Virus record (IMG/VR): IMGVR_UViG_3300037493_002486
Span: 1-54,280 of that record
Reading direction: 5' to 3' (one strand)
Origin: a virus
Taxonomy: Duplodnaviria > Caudoviricetes
DNA: 54,280 nucleotides
The notes under the pieces were generated by a model, which was not told the DNA's origin, ran no database searches, and was given only the letters and a program-made list of their open reading frames with translations. The translations under genes were made by a program, and so were the position numbers. This document shows positions 46,016-54,280 of the stretch, piece by piece. The number at the start of each line of letters is the position of its first letter. Position 1 is the first letter of the stretch.

Positions 46016-46924
46016 ATGGCAATTTCACGTTCCCAACTAGTAAAAGAACTTGAGCCGGGTCTGAACGCATTGTTCGGCATGGAATACAAGGGTTACGAAA
46101 AAGAGCACGAGCAAATATACGATACCGAAACTTCTGACCGTGCGTTTGAAGAAGAGGTAATGTTGTCTGGCTTCGGTGAAGCTCCTGTTAAAACTGAGGG
46201 TGCTGGCGTTTCATACGACAATGCTCAAGAAGTTTACACAGCGCGTTACACACACGAAACCATTGCTTTGGCTTATTCATTAACTGAAGAAGCTGTTGAA
46301 GATAACTTGTATGCATCACTTGCTGCTCGTTACACCAAAGCATTAGCTCGTTCAATGGCAACAACAAAACAAATCAAAGCAGCAGCCGTATTAAACAATG
46401 CGTTTACTACAGCAATCGGCGGCGACGGCAAACCTTTGTGTGCAACTGACCATCCAACATTGTCTGGTCCAGATCTACGCAACGAATTGTCAACTCCAGC
46501 TGACTTAAGCGAAACTTCACTTGAGCAAGCTTTGATTGACATCGCAGCATTCACTGATGAGCGTGGTTTGAAAATCGCGGTTCGTGGTTTGAAATTGATT
46601 GTTCCAAAAGAACTACAATTCACCTCTGATCGTATTTTGAAATCTACTCTACGTGTTGGTACTGCTGATAACGATATCAACGCTATCAAAAACATGGGTA
46701 TGGTTCCACAAGGCTACACAGTCAACCATTACCTAACAGACCCAGACGCTTGGTTCATCAAAACTGATGCTCCTAACGGCATGAAAATGTTTGAACGTGT
46801 TGCGTTCAAAACTGGTTTTGAAGGTGATTTTGATACAGGTAACGTACGTTACAAAGCACGTGAGCGTTATAGCTTCGGTTACAGCGATCCACGCGGTATC
46901 TTCGGTTCACCAGGTACACCTTAA
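46016..46924 (+). CDS. Major capsid protein
   Basis: MAISRSQLVKELEPGLNALFG...YKARERYSFG; high-expression codon bias; followed by a terminator. Confidence 0.88.
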   Translation: MAISRSQLVKELEPGLNALFGMEYKGYEKEHEQIYDTETSDRAFEEEVMLSGFGEAPVKTEGAGVSYDNAQEVYTARYTHETIALAYSLTEEAVEDNLYASLAARYTKALARSMATTKQIKAAAVLNNAFTTAIGGDGKPLCATDHPTLSGPDLRNELSTPADLSETSLEQALIDIAAFTDERGLKIAVRGLKLIVPKELQFTSDRILKSTLRVGTADNDINAIKNMGMVPQGYTVNHYLTDPDAWFIKTDAPNGMKMFERVAFKTGFEGDFDTGNVRYKARERYSFGYSDPRGIFGSPGTP

Positions 46925-46947
46925 TTCAACGGTAATACGTAGAATGG

Positions 46948-46972
46948 AAAGCCACCTTCGGGTGGCTTTTTT
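46948..46972 (+). terminator. Rho-independent terminator after the capsid gene
   Basis: AAAGCCACC-TTCG-GGTGGCTTT followed by TTT. Confidence 0.88.
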
Positions 46973-46985
46973 ATTGCAAAAAGTA

Positions 46986-47013
46986 TTGACAGCACTAATA
47001 CATACTGTATAGT
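46986..47013 (+). promoter_or_regulatory. Sigma70-like promoter for the GIY-YIG gene
   Basis: TTGACA-16 bp-TATAGT, then an AAGGAG RBS. Confidence 0.7.
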
Positions 47014-47032
47014 GGGACCAAAGGAGTAGATT

Positions 47033-47623
47033 ATGCCATACGCTAAGGACTATATTGGAATATATAAAATTGTTAATAGCGTCACAGGAAAGTGTTATGT
47101 AGGACAATCGCAACGCGTTAAAAAAAGAATAAAAGAGCATTTTAGACTACTTAATTTAAATAAACACTCTAATGGACATCTTCAACACTCATTCAATAAA
47201 TATGGAAAAGAAGCTTTTAAGGGTCACCTTGAAGTAATATGCGAAGACGTAAATGATTTAGACACGCTTGAAGAAGCTTTTTTAGTTAAAAAAGCATGGT
47301 TTGACGAAGAAGTTGTATATAACATTGCTAATTTTGCTAAAGCGCCTATGCGCGGCAAGACCCACACTGAAGAAACACGAAAAAAGATAAAAGAAACAAA
47401 ATTACGGTCTAATTTTGACTACACTGATACGGAATGGAGAGAAAAACTACGGTTAGGACAGGCAAGTAGATTTTTTTCAGACAAAGTATTTGTTGCAAAT
47501 CTTAAGTATATCCTTGATAATCCTACAATGAGTTATGCAGAACGCGGGCGTCATTTGGGAAAGGATACATCATCTACCCGCAAATTATTTATTAAATATA
47601 AACATTTACAAGGAATTATATAA
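47033..47623 (+). CDS. Free-standing GIY-YIG homing endonuclease with NUMOD3-like motif
   Basis: GIYKIVN...YVGQS...R...H and GKTHTEETRKKI; AT-rich relative to its neighbours. Confidence 0.88.
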   Translation: MPYAKDYIGIYKIVNSVTGKCYVGQSQRVKKRIKEHFRLLNLNKHSNGHLQHSFNKYGKEAFKGHLEVICEDVNDLDTLEEAFLVKKAWFDEEVVYNIANFAKAPMRGKTHTEETRKKIKETKLRSNFDYTDTEWREKLRLGQASRFFSDKVFVANLKYILDNPTMSYAERGRHLGKDTSSTRKLFIKYKHLQGII

Positions 47624-47904
47624 TGGCAACCACACACTTTAACGGCCCAGTAGCGTCTGCTAACGGATTTGAAGGCAACACTACAGGTAACGTAGTAGGC
47701 GACGTAACAGGCGTTGTAACAGGCAGCTTAGTAGGCTTTGCAACACTACCTACTTACACTGTGACATCCGCTAATGCTTTGACCCCTAAAACAGCAGGTA
47801 AAATCATTTATGTATCAAACGGCTTAGCTGGCAATCCATGTATTGCTGTAGGTAATGGTACAAACTGGATTTCACCAGCCGGTACAGCTATCGCAGCATC
47901 TTAA
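47623..47904 (+). CDS. Small virion structural protein
   Basis: MATTHFNGPVASANGF motif, typical of genes following the capsid gene in this phage group. Confidence 0.6.
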   Translation: MATTHFNGPVASANGFEGNTTGNVVGDVTGVVTGSLVGFATLPTYTVTSANALTPKTAGKIIYVSNGLAGNPCIAVGNGTNWISPAGTAIAAS

Positions 47905-47935
47905 TTTTAACTTCTAACTTTAAAGGAGTTAAATT

Positions 47936-48721
47936 ATGTCTACTCTATCCTCAATTACTCGTGTAGGTACATACGAGCCGTTTGAGTTACAGGTATCGCG
48001 TGGTCAAATCATGGGCCACTCTACTGTTATAGTGTTTGGCTACAATCCAGATGTAGATACTTCTGAAGAATCTATCTGGCCTGATGGCGGTACTGTTCCC
48101 CATCCTACTGTGGCCTCTGTTTTAAAGATAAGCTCTACTAGCGCTAACGATACATCAGCTGGTACTGGCGCAAGAACAATTGCTATTTTTGGTCTTGATG
48201 CAAATTACAACGAAATTAGCGAGTCTGTCCTTTTAGATGGACAAAATTCTGTAAATACAGGGAATAGCTACCTTTATATAAACGGGTTTTACGTAACTAC
48301 AGCAGGTTCAGGCGGCGTAAATGCGGGTAATATTAATGCAGGTACAGGCGTAGTAACAGCAGGTGTTCCAGCAGTGTTATACGACATCATTGCAACTGGC
48401 TACAATAACCGCACCACGGCACATTACTGTGTTCCAGCCGGTTACACCGGCTATTTAACTACAGGACTTGTGACCACAGGCCAGGTAACAGGCTCTACTT
48501 CTGTTACTGCGTTCCTTAAACAGCGTGGCACAGATGGTATTGTTCGTGTAGGTGCGGTATCTACGTTAAACAACGGTTCTGTACAGTATGATTTTACATA
48601 CCCTTACATTATTCCAGAAAAGAATTGCGTAGGCGCAACTGCAATAGGCTCTTCTGCAAACAATTCTGCCAGTGCATACTTAAACATCGTACTGGTTAAG
48701 AATGACGGAAGTGTTGCATAA
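47936..48721 (+). CDS. Putative structural protein
   Basis: FGYNPDVD...SSTSANDTSAGTGART...GLDANY...YCVPAGYTGY. Confidence 0.6.
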   Translation: MSTLSSITRVGTYEPFELQVSRGQIMGHSTVIVFGYNPDVDTSEESIWPDGGTVPHPTVASVLKISSTSANDTSAGTGARTIAIFGLDANYNEISESVLLDGQNSVNTGNSYLYINGFYVTTAGSGGVNAGNINAGTGVVTAGVPAVLYDIIATGYNNRTTAHYCVPAGYTGYLTTGLVTTGQVTGSTSVTAFLKQRGTDGIVRVGAVSTLNNGSVQYDFTYPYIIPEKNCVGATAIGSSANNSASAYLNIVLVKNDGSVA

Positions 48722-48966
48722 TGGAGATGATGGTATGGAATATCGTGCTATCTTTTATGGTAGCTATCATGGGCTTTTTACTTAAAGCTAAGTTTGAAGA
48801 CCTAGATAGACTTAGTATTTTACTTAATAGAACCAGAGAGGAGATTGCTCGTGATCACATCACTCGTGCAGAAGTTAGAGCAGATATTGAAAAAATTATG
48901 GAACGGTTTGACGATGGCATTAATCGCCTGGAAGCAAAAATTGATAAACTTTCTGAAAAGAATTAA
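48721..48966 (+). CDS. Small membrane-anchored coiled-coil protein
   Basis: N-terminal transmembrane helix; LLNRTREE motif. Confidence 0.6.
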   Translation: MEMMVWNIVLSFMVAIMGFLLKAKFEDLDRLSILLNRTREEIARDHITRAEVRADIEKIMERFDDGINRLEAKIDKLSEKN

Positions 48967-48981
48967 CTAAGGAGACATATT

Positions 48982-49191
48982 ATGGCTGGAAGAGGAATGG
49001 GTGCAGCAACTGCCGGTGGTGGTTGTGTTGAAAAAGGTCCTAAAAACAAAATGGTAAAAGAAACAAGCAAAACTACCGGTCCAGTGTTTTTAGCAGACGG
49101 TGGCGAAGCCATCAGCCCTCGCAAACGCATGGCAATGGGCATGGCTTGTGGCGGTAAAGTTAAAAAAATGAAAAAAGGTGGCAGCTGCTAA
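48982..49191 (+). CDS. Small basic Gly-rich protein
   Basis: RGMGAA, LADGG, MACGG and MKKGG motifs; RBS AAGGAG. Confidence 0.65.
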   Translation: MAGRGMGAATAGGGCVEKGPKNKMVKETSKTTGPVFLADGGEAISPRKRMAMGMACGGKVKKMKKGGSC

Positions 49192-49866
49192 ATGGCTACT
49201 TCAGGTACCACGATATTTGATTTACAGATCGACGAGCTTATAGAAGAGGCTTTTGAACGTTGCGGCATGCAAATGACCAGCGGAAATCAGCTTAAATCTG
49301 CTCGTCGCTCGCTCAATCTAATGTTTTTAGAGTGGGCAAATCGTGGCCTGAACCTTTGGACGATTGAACTTGCAACCGCTAACCTGACTGTAGGGCAAAT
49401 AGAAGTTACATTGGATACAGATACTGTTAACGTGCTGTCTGCTGTTATACGAGATAGTTCCCAAAGCCCTCCAGTAGACATTGTAATAGATAGGATTAGT
49501 CGTGCTGAGTATCTGCACATTCCAGATAAGACAACACAGGCAAGGCCTGCCCAGTTATACGTAGAACGCACCAATGTTCCTAAGGTATATCTGTATCCAG
49601 CGCCTAATGCCACTAATCTATATCAACTTCGTTACTACCGAATTAAGCGTATGGATGATGCAGGCGATTACTCCAACACAGCGGACGTTAACTTCCGTTT
49701 CTTGCCTTGTTTGTCAGCAGGCTTAGCGTATTACCTGTCTTTAAAGTACACGCCAGAGCGCACACAGGCTTTAAAGGGCATTTACGAAGAAGAATTCGCG
49801 CGCGCGGCTGCAGAGGATAGGGACACCGCAAGCTTTTATATTGTACCTGCCGTAATGGGATACTAA
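49192..49866 (+). CDS. Head-tail adaptor / tail tubular A-like protein
   Basis: MATSGT...IEEAFERCG...ARRSLN...EWANRGLNLWT...RFLPC...GLAYYL. Confidence 0.65.
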   Translation: MATSGTTIFDLQIDELIEEAFERCGMQMTSGNQLKSARRSLNLMFLEWANRGLNLWTIELATANLTVGQIEVTLDTDTVNVLSAVIRDSSQSPPVDIVIDRISRAEYLHIPDKTTQARPAQLYVERTNVPKVYLYPAPNATNLYQLRYYRIKRMDDAGDYSNTADVNFRFLPCLSAGLAYYLSLKYTPERTQALKGIYEEEFARAAAEDRDTASFYIVPAVMGY

Positions 49867-49867
49867 T

Positions 49868-50218
49868 GTGGCATATGCTTCAGGTAAGTTTTCGTATGGA
49901 TTGTGTGATTACTGCGGTCAGCGGTATCCGTACAACGTATTAAGAAAAAATTGGCGTGGATTTAAGGTCTGCCCAGACGACTACGAGCCAAAAGAGCCAC
50001 AATTAGAGCCATTGCAGTTTGTGGCTGACGCTCAGGCGCTTGAGCAGCCTCGTCCAGATCGAGTAGAACCTATGCAAGTGTATGTAAATGCGCCAGGCGA
50101 CACCGCGTTCCAGAGTATCGGTAGCGCAAATAACACGGTGGATATGCGTCCATATCCAGTGGATAAAGATCTTGTAGGACAATGCTCTGTAGGCACTGTT
50201 AGGGTAGAGATAACATGA
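49868..50218 (+). CDS. Conserved protein with Cys motif
   Basis: GTG start; CDYCGQRY...VCPDDYEPKEPQL. Confidence 0.65.
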   Translation: MAYASGKFSYGLCDYCGQRYPYNVLRKNWRGFKVCPDDYEPKEPQLEPLQFVADAQALEQPRPDRVEPMQVYVNAPGDTAFQSIGSANNTVDMRPYPVDKDLVGQCSVGTVRVEIT

Positions 50219-50871
50219 CATATGATGAATTATTGACCAATATTCGTAATTACACCGAAGTAGGCGCAAATGTGTTTACTGATTCAGTGTGTAATACGTT
50301 TATTTTAATGGCTGAGAATCGTATCCTGCGGGATATTGATTTGGATGTATTTAAACTAGAGGTTACAGGTACACTTACCCAGGGAAATAAGTTCTTAACC
50401 GCTCCTACAGATATTTTGACACACCGCTACATTATGGTGACTAAGGACAATGAGCAGATATTTCTAGAATTTAGAGATACTTCCTACATGAAAGAGTACT
50501 GGCCCAATGGTGCTACCACAGGAACTCCCCGTTTTTATTCTGTATGGGATCAAAATACGTTTTATCTAGCCCCTACCCCTGACGATTACTACACGGTTGA
50601 ATTGGGTTACATACGCAAGCCGGACTCATTATCCGAAACTAACCCGGAAACATGGGTCAGTATTAACGCACCAGAAGCACTGTTATATGCCTGTTTAATC
50701 CAAGCCTATAGCTACACTAAGGGCCCTGGAGAACTTATGGGCTACTTTGAAAACAGCTACAAACAAGCTATTCAAGGTCTTGGCGTTGAACAGCAAGGTC
50801 GTCGTCGTAGAGACGAGTGGCGTGATGGCATGTCTAGGCTGGTGGTTAAATCACTGTCTCCTGGGCCCTAG
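50215..50871 (+). CDS. Adaptor / tail structural protein
   Basis: MTYDEL...AENRILR...GTPRFY...APTPD...LLYACL. Confidence 0.65.
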   Translation: MTYDELLTNIRNYTEVGANVFTDSVCNTFILMAENRILRDIDLDVFKLEVTGTLTQGNKFLTAPTDILTHRYIMVTKDNEQIFLEFRDTSYMKEYWPNGATTGTPRFYSVWDQNTFYLAPTPDDYYTVELGYIRKPDSLSETNPETWVSINAPEALLYACLIQAYSYTKGPGELMGYFENSYKQAIQGLGVEQQGRRRRDEWRDGMSRLVVKSLSPGP

Positions 50872-50924
50872 TTATTTATATGAATTATCTGGTATTATTA
50901 CACGGAATAAATTAGGGATAACCC

Positions 50925-51356
50925 ATGGCTATTTCACAGGCAGTGTGCACAAGTTTTAAAGTTCAATTATTGAGCGGCGCACAGAATTTTAATACGGGCA
51001 CTACAAAAGTATATAAGATTGCTTTGTACACATCTTCAGCGACGTTGGACGCTTCAACTACGGCGTATTCAACAGCGAATGAAGTAGTGGGAACAGGATA
51101 TACGGCAGGGGGTAATGTACTTACGGTGTCTCAAATCCCAACAAACGGTGGATCTACTATTGCCTATATTGATTTTGAAGACGTTACATGGCCTTCGTCC
51201 AGTATTACCGCAAGAGGAGCATTGATATATAATAGTACGGATAACACTGCAGTTACTGTGTTAGATTTTGGTTCGGATAAAACATCCTCCGCTGCCAATT
51301 TTACAGTCATTTTTCCAACCGCAACATCAACAACAGCAATTATTAGAATTTCTTAA
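50925..51356 (+). CDS. Tail-associated structural protein
   Basis: CTSFK...KIALYT...GYTAGG...ITARGALIYN...VLDFGSDK. Confidence 0.7.
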   Translation: MAISQAVCTSFKVQLLSGAQNFNTGTTKVYKIALYTSSATLDASTTAYSTANEVVGTGYTAGGNVLTVSQIPTNGGSTIAYIDFEDVTWPSSSITARGALIYNSTDNTAVTVLDFGSDKTSSAANFTVIFPTATSTTAIIRIS

Positions 51357-51367
51357 GGAGTAATATT

Positions 51368-51931
51368 ATGTTAGATAAAGTAAATGTAGGCGATGCATCA
51401 ACTGCATCATTGATTCGCAGTGCTGGCAGTTCTGAAAGCGTTGAGCTTGATGGGCACTATTCAGTTGAATGCATAGGCGCTGATGGTCAAGTTAAATGGG
51501 CAGAAGAGATTTTCAACCTTGTAACTACTGTGGGTAAAAACTTCACAATGGATACAGTGTTGGGTAACAGCGCCGGTGGCGCAGTAGTTATGGGTTTGAA
51601 AGGCACAGGTACCGCAGTGGTTGCAGATACACAAGCATCCCACGCTTCTTGGGATGAAGTCGGTTTAGCTAATGCACCTACATACACAGGTAACCGCCCA
51701 ACACCTACATTCAGCGCAGCATCAGCAGGTGCTAAGGCAACAAGCTCAGCAGTATCATTTGCAATCACAAGTACAGGTACCGTAGCAGGTTGTTTTATTA
51801 ATATCGGCGGTTCAGCCACTAAAGATAATACTACAGGCACGTTGTTTAGTGCGGGTGATTTTACTGGTGGTTCACGTTCAGTTATCAACGGCGACACATT
51901 GAATGTAAGTTATACCGCAACCGCAGCTTAA
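51368..51931 (+). CDS. Tail-associated structural protein
   Basis: NLVTTVGK...GTLFSAGDF...GDTLNVSY. Confidence 0.65.
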   Translation: MLDKVNVGDASTASLIRSAGSSESVELDGHYSVECIGADGQVKWAEEIFNLVTTVGKNFTMDTVLGNSAGGAVVMGLKGTGTAVVADTQASHASWDEVGLANAPTYTGNRPTPTFSAASAGAKATSSAVSFAITSTGTVAGCFINIGGSATKDNTTGTLFSAGDFTGGSRSVINGDTLNVSYTATAA

Positions 51932-51944
51932 TTAGGAGTCTGCT

Positions 51945-52502
51945 ATGGCTCTTGTAATAAAAGACAGGGTTTATGAAACCTCGACCACGACTGGCACTGG
52001 CACGTTAACCCTTGCTGGTGCTGTATCTGGGTTTCAAACATTTTCCTCCGCAATTGGCAATACCAATACAACATACTATACTATCCAAGACCAAACCGGT
52101 CCTGATTGGGAAGTAGGGATTGGTACGGTTGGTGCAGGTACATTGGCTCGTACAACAGTTCTAGCCTCATCAAATAGCGGAAGCCTTGTCAATTTTACAT
52201 CAGGGTCATTGTTTGTCTTTGGTGACTATCCGGCTGATAAAGCTGTTTATGGTAGTGGCACTACCCTTGTTGCACCTAGTGGAACAATCCTTCCTATCGC
52301 TAATGGCGGAACAAATGCCACCGCTACTCCGACACTTGGTGGTGTAATTGTAGGAACAGGTACAGCATACTCATCAACGGCAGCGGGTACTTCAGGGCAA
52401 GTTTTAACTTCTAATGGGGCATCAGCCCCTACTTGGACTACCCCTAGTGGTGGCGGCGGATCATCCGGATTTGAACAAACTTTTTTATTGATGGGGGCTT
52501 AA
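51945..52502 (+). CDS. Tail fiber-like protein
   Basis: MALVIKDRVYETSTTTGTG...WEVGIG...LPIANGGT...GQVLTSNG. Confidence 0.7.
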   Translation: MALVIKDRVYETSTTTGTGTLTLAGAVSGFQTFSSAIGNTNTTYYTIQDQTGPDWEVGIGTVGAGTLARTTVLASSNSGSLVNFTSGSLFVFGDYPADKAVYGSGTTLVAPSGTILPIANGGTNATATPTLGGVIVGTGTAYSSTAAGTSGQVLTSNGASAPTWTTPSGGGGSSGFEQTFLLMGA

Positions 52503-52829
52503 ATGGCTAATACCTACAAAGTGCTAGGACAGTCGAATCCTGCCGCTACAACAGCAACAACTTTATACACAGTACCCTCCGCAACATCAGCAGTGTGTTC
52601 TACATTGTCAATTGCTAATTTAAGCACATCAACAACATTTAGGGTTGCAATAAGACCGGCAGGTGCATCTTTGGCAAATCAACATTATATTGTTTATGAT
52701 AATTTTGTTAATCAATATGACAGCATACTTTTAACACTTGGTTTTTCTTTGGCTACAACAGATGTTGTTACTGTTTATGCGGGTACTGCTAACCTTGCAT
52801 TTTCTTTATTTGGCACAGAGATAACATAA
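52503..52829 (+). CDS. Small tail-associated protein
   Basis: MANTYKVLGQSNP...LYTVP...FSLFGTEIT. Confidence 0.65.
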   Translation: MANTYKVLGQSNPAATTATTLYTVPSATSAVCSTLSIANLSTSTTFRVAIRPAGASLANQHYIVYDNFVNQYDSILLTLGFSLATTDVVTVYAGTANLAFSLFGTEIT

Positions 52830-54280
52830 TGAGTGTAAAAAATGTACAGTCTAATGGTTTAATACCTAGAGGTACTGATACTATTGCCACTAACCCACAA
52901 AAAAATACTTGGGTTAGGAATCCATCTTGGGTGGCATTTCCGTCTATTACAAGTAGTGACAACAAATTCATTGGTATATTTGCTGTTTACAATACAACAG
53001 ACAACTTTGTGGCATTAAATGCGGCTGGCAACAACTTTGATGTTGATTGGGGTGATGGCACAACTAGCCTTAATAAGTTTTCTGTCGTAAATAAAAACTT
53101 TTCTTATTCAAGTGCATCATTAGCTGGCACAGACGCACCAGTTACGCTTACTGATACAGGTGATTTAGTAACTAGAACATCGCATGGTTACACAGATGGG
53201 ATGACTGTATCTTTTTATAATATCGTTAGCACTACTGGTCTTACAGAAGGGCAAATATATTATGTAATTAGTGCAACAACAAATACATTCCAAGTATCAG
53301 CAACATTAGGTGGTTCTGCTGTTGCATTGACAACGGATGGTACTGCAACATTACTACCATATAAACAAGCAATTGTTACAGTTACTCCAGTTTCAGGACA
53401 AACACTTACTACAATTGATTTGGCTAGGTTGCCCAATCAATCGGGATTGATTACTTCAGCGGGGGTTAATTGGCTTGATGTTGCAATGGCCGGTTCAACA
53501 CTATCTAGCATCACAATGACAAATATTACTTTAACTTTCCCAGTTTGTGAAAGATTTAGAATACTAAAATGCACTAAGACATCTTTTGTTAGTTTCTTTA
53601 GTTCAACTTGGACTGCGCTATGTTCATTTGAATTAAGTGGCACAACAGGTATCACAGCTTTAAATGGATTGTTTCAATCGTGTACTAAATTAACTGATGT
53701 ATATTTTGACAATCTTAATAGTGTCACAAATATGAATTCTATGTTTAGCAATTGTTATAGCTTAACATCTGTTTCGCTTCCTAATACACCCGCCCTAACA
53801 CAAACATCTGCCACTTTTAGTAGTTGTTATAATTTAAAAGTTGCCCCTAATCTTAATACTGCATTAGTTACAACCATGAACGCTATGTTTCAAAATTGTT
53901 ACAGATTAACTTCTGTGCCTCTTTACAATATGGCTAGTAATACAGATATGAGTAATATGTTTTCTGGTTGTTATTCATTGCCAGCAGTGCCGTTTTTTAA
54001 TACCGCAAGTGTTACAGCTATTACAGCTACATTTAATGATTGCCGAGCATTAATAACAATACCACTTTTTAATACAGCTAGTGTTACAAATATGCAAACT
54101 ACATTTTATGGATGTAGTTCATTAACTACTATACCGTTATTAAATACAGCCAATGTTTTAAATATGGCTAGTATGTTTTCTAATTGTTCTTCTTTAATAT
54201 CAGTACCAGCACTAAATACAGTAAAAGTTACCAATATGACTTCTATGTTTAGTTCTTGTACATCATTAAGAACAGTATCT
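52829..54280 (+). CDS. Putative receptor-binding/tail protein with DUF285/BspA-like leucine-rich repeats, 3' truncated (not in ORF track)
   Basis: ATG overlaps the upstream TAA and the frame appears open to the window end. WVRNPSW and VDWGDG motifs, then about 23-aa repeats such as NTASVTNMQTTFYGCSSLTTIPLL. Confidence 0.8.
   Translation, partial: MSVKNVQSNGLIPRGTDTIATNPQKNTWVRNPSWVAFPSITSSDNKFIGIFAVYNTTDNFVALNAAGNNFDVDWGDGTTSLNKFSVVNKNFSYSSASLAGTDAPVTLTDTGDLVTRTSHGYTDGMTVSFYNIVSTTGLTEGQIYYVISATTNTFQVSATLGGSAVALTTDGTATLLPYKQAIVTVTPVSGQTLTTIDLARLPNQSGLITSAGVNWLDVAMAGSTLSSITMTNITLTFPVCERFRILKCTKTSFVSFFSSTWTALCSFELSGTTGITALNGLFQSCTKLTDVYFDNLNSVTNMNSMFSNCYSLTSVSLPNTPALTQTSATFSSCYNLKVAPNLNTALVTTMNAMFQNCYRLTSVPLYNMASNTDMSNMFSGCYSLPAVPFFNTASVTAITATFNDCRALITIPLFNTASVTNMQTTFYGCSSLTTIPLLNTANVLNMASMFSNCSSLISVPALNTVKVTNMTSMFSSCTSLRTVS

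Noticed and set aside
46925-47623. Group I intron housing the GIY-YIG gene
   Set aside because: The flanking genes look complete and there is no room for an intron core.
53640-54280. Diversity-generating retroelement target in the tail repeats
   Set aside because: No reverse transcriptase and no template/variable repeat pair with adenine-specific differences was seen.

Overview
The window is most of the genome of a tailed dsDNA phage with podovirus-like organisation, cut mid-gene at both ends. From left to right it carries: tail-nozzle and putative ejection/internal virion genes (1-11.3 kb); a replication module with PD-(D/E)XK exonuclease, SNF2 helicase, SSB-like protein, primase, UvrD-like helicase and family A DNA polymerase (11.3-20.4 kb); an accessory region with a radical SAM gene, an unannotated pqqA and an HNH nuclease (20.5-26.8 kb); an AT-rich iteron-like non-coding region (26.8-27.4 kb); probable terS and a VRR-NUC-like nuclease; a leftward-transcribed early region including ardC (28.8-35.2 kb); a non-coding block of repeats (35.3-36.0 kb); and then terL, a 986-aa modular protein, portal, groES, scaffold, capsid, GIY-YIG nuclease and tail genes. 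The pqqA sequence points to a Methylophilaceae-type betaproteobacterial host (inference). The best candidate for an undescribed system is the 35.4-35.9 kb block, which has six perfect co-oriented DnaA boxes flanked by SlmA-binding-site-like palindromes and 7-bp repeats. It sits next to an early region that appears purged of several restriction-type sites, and may be a DNA-only module that hijacks host replication and division control. All calls come from motif recognition by eye; no database searches were run. No integrase, tRNA, CRISPR array or reverse transcriptase was seen.
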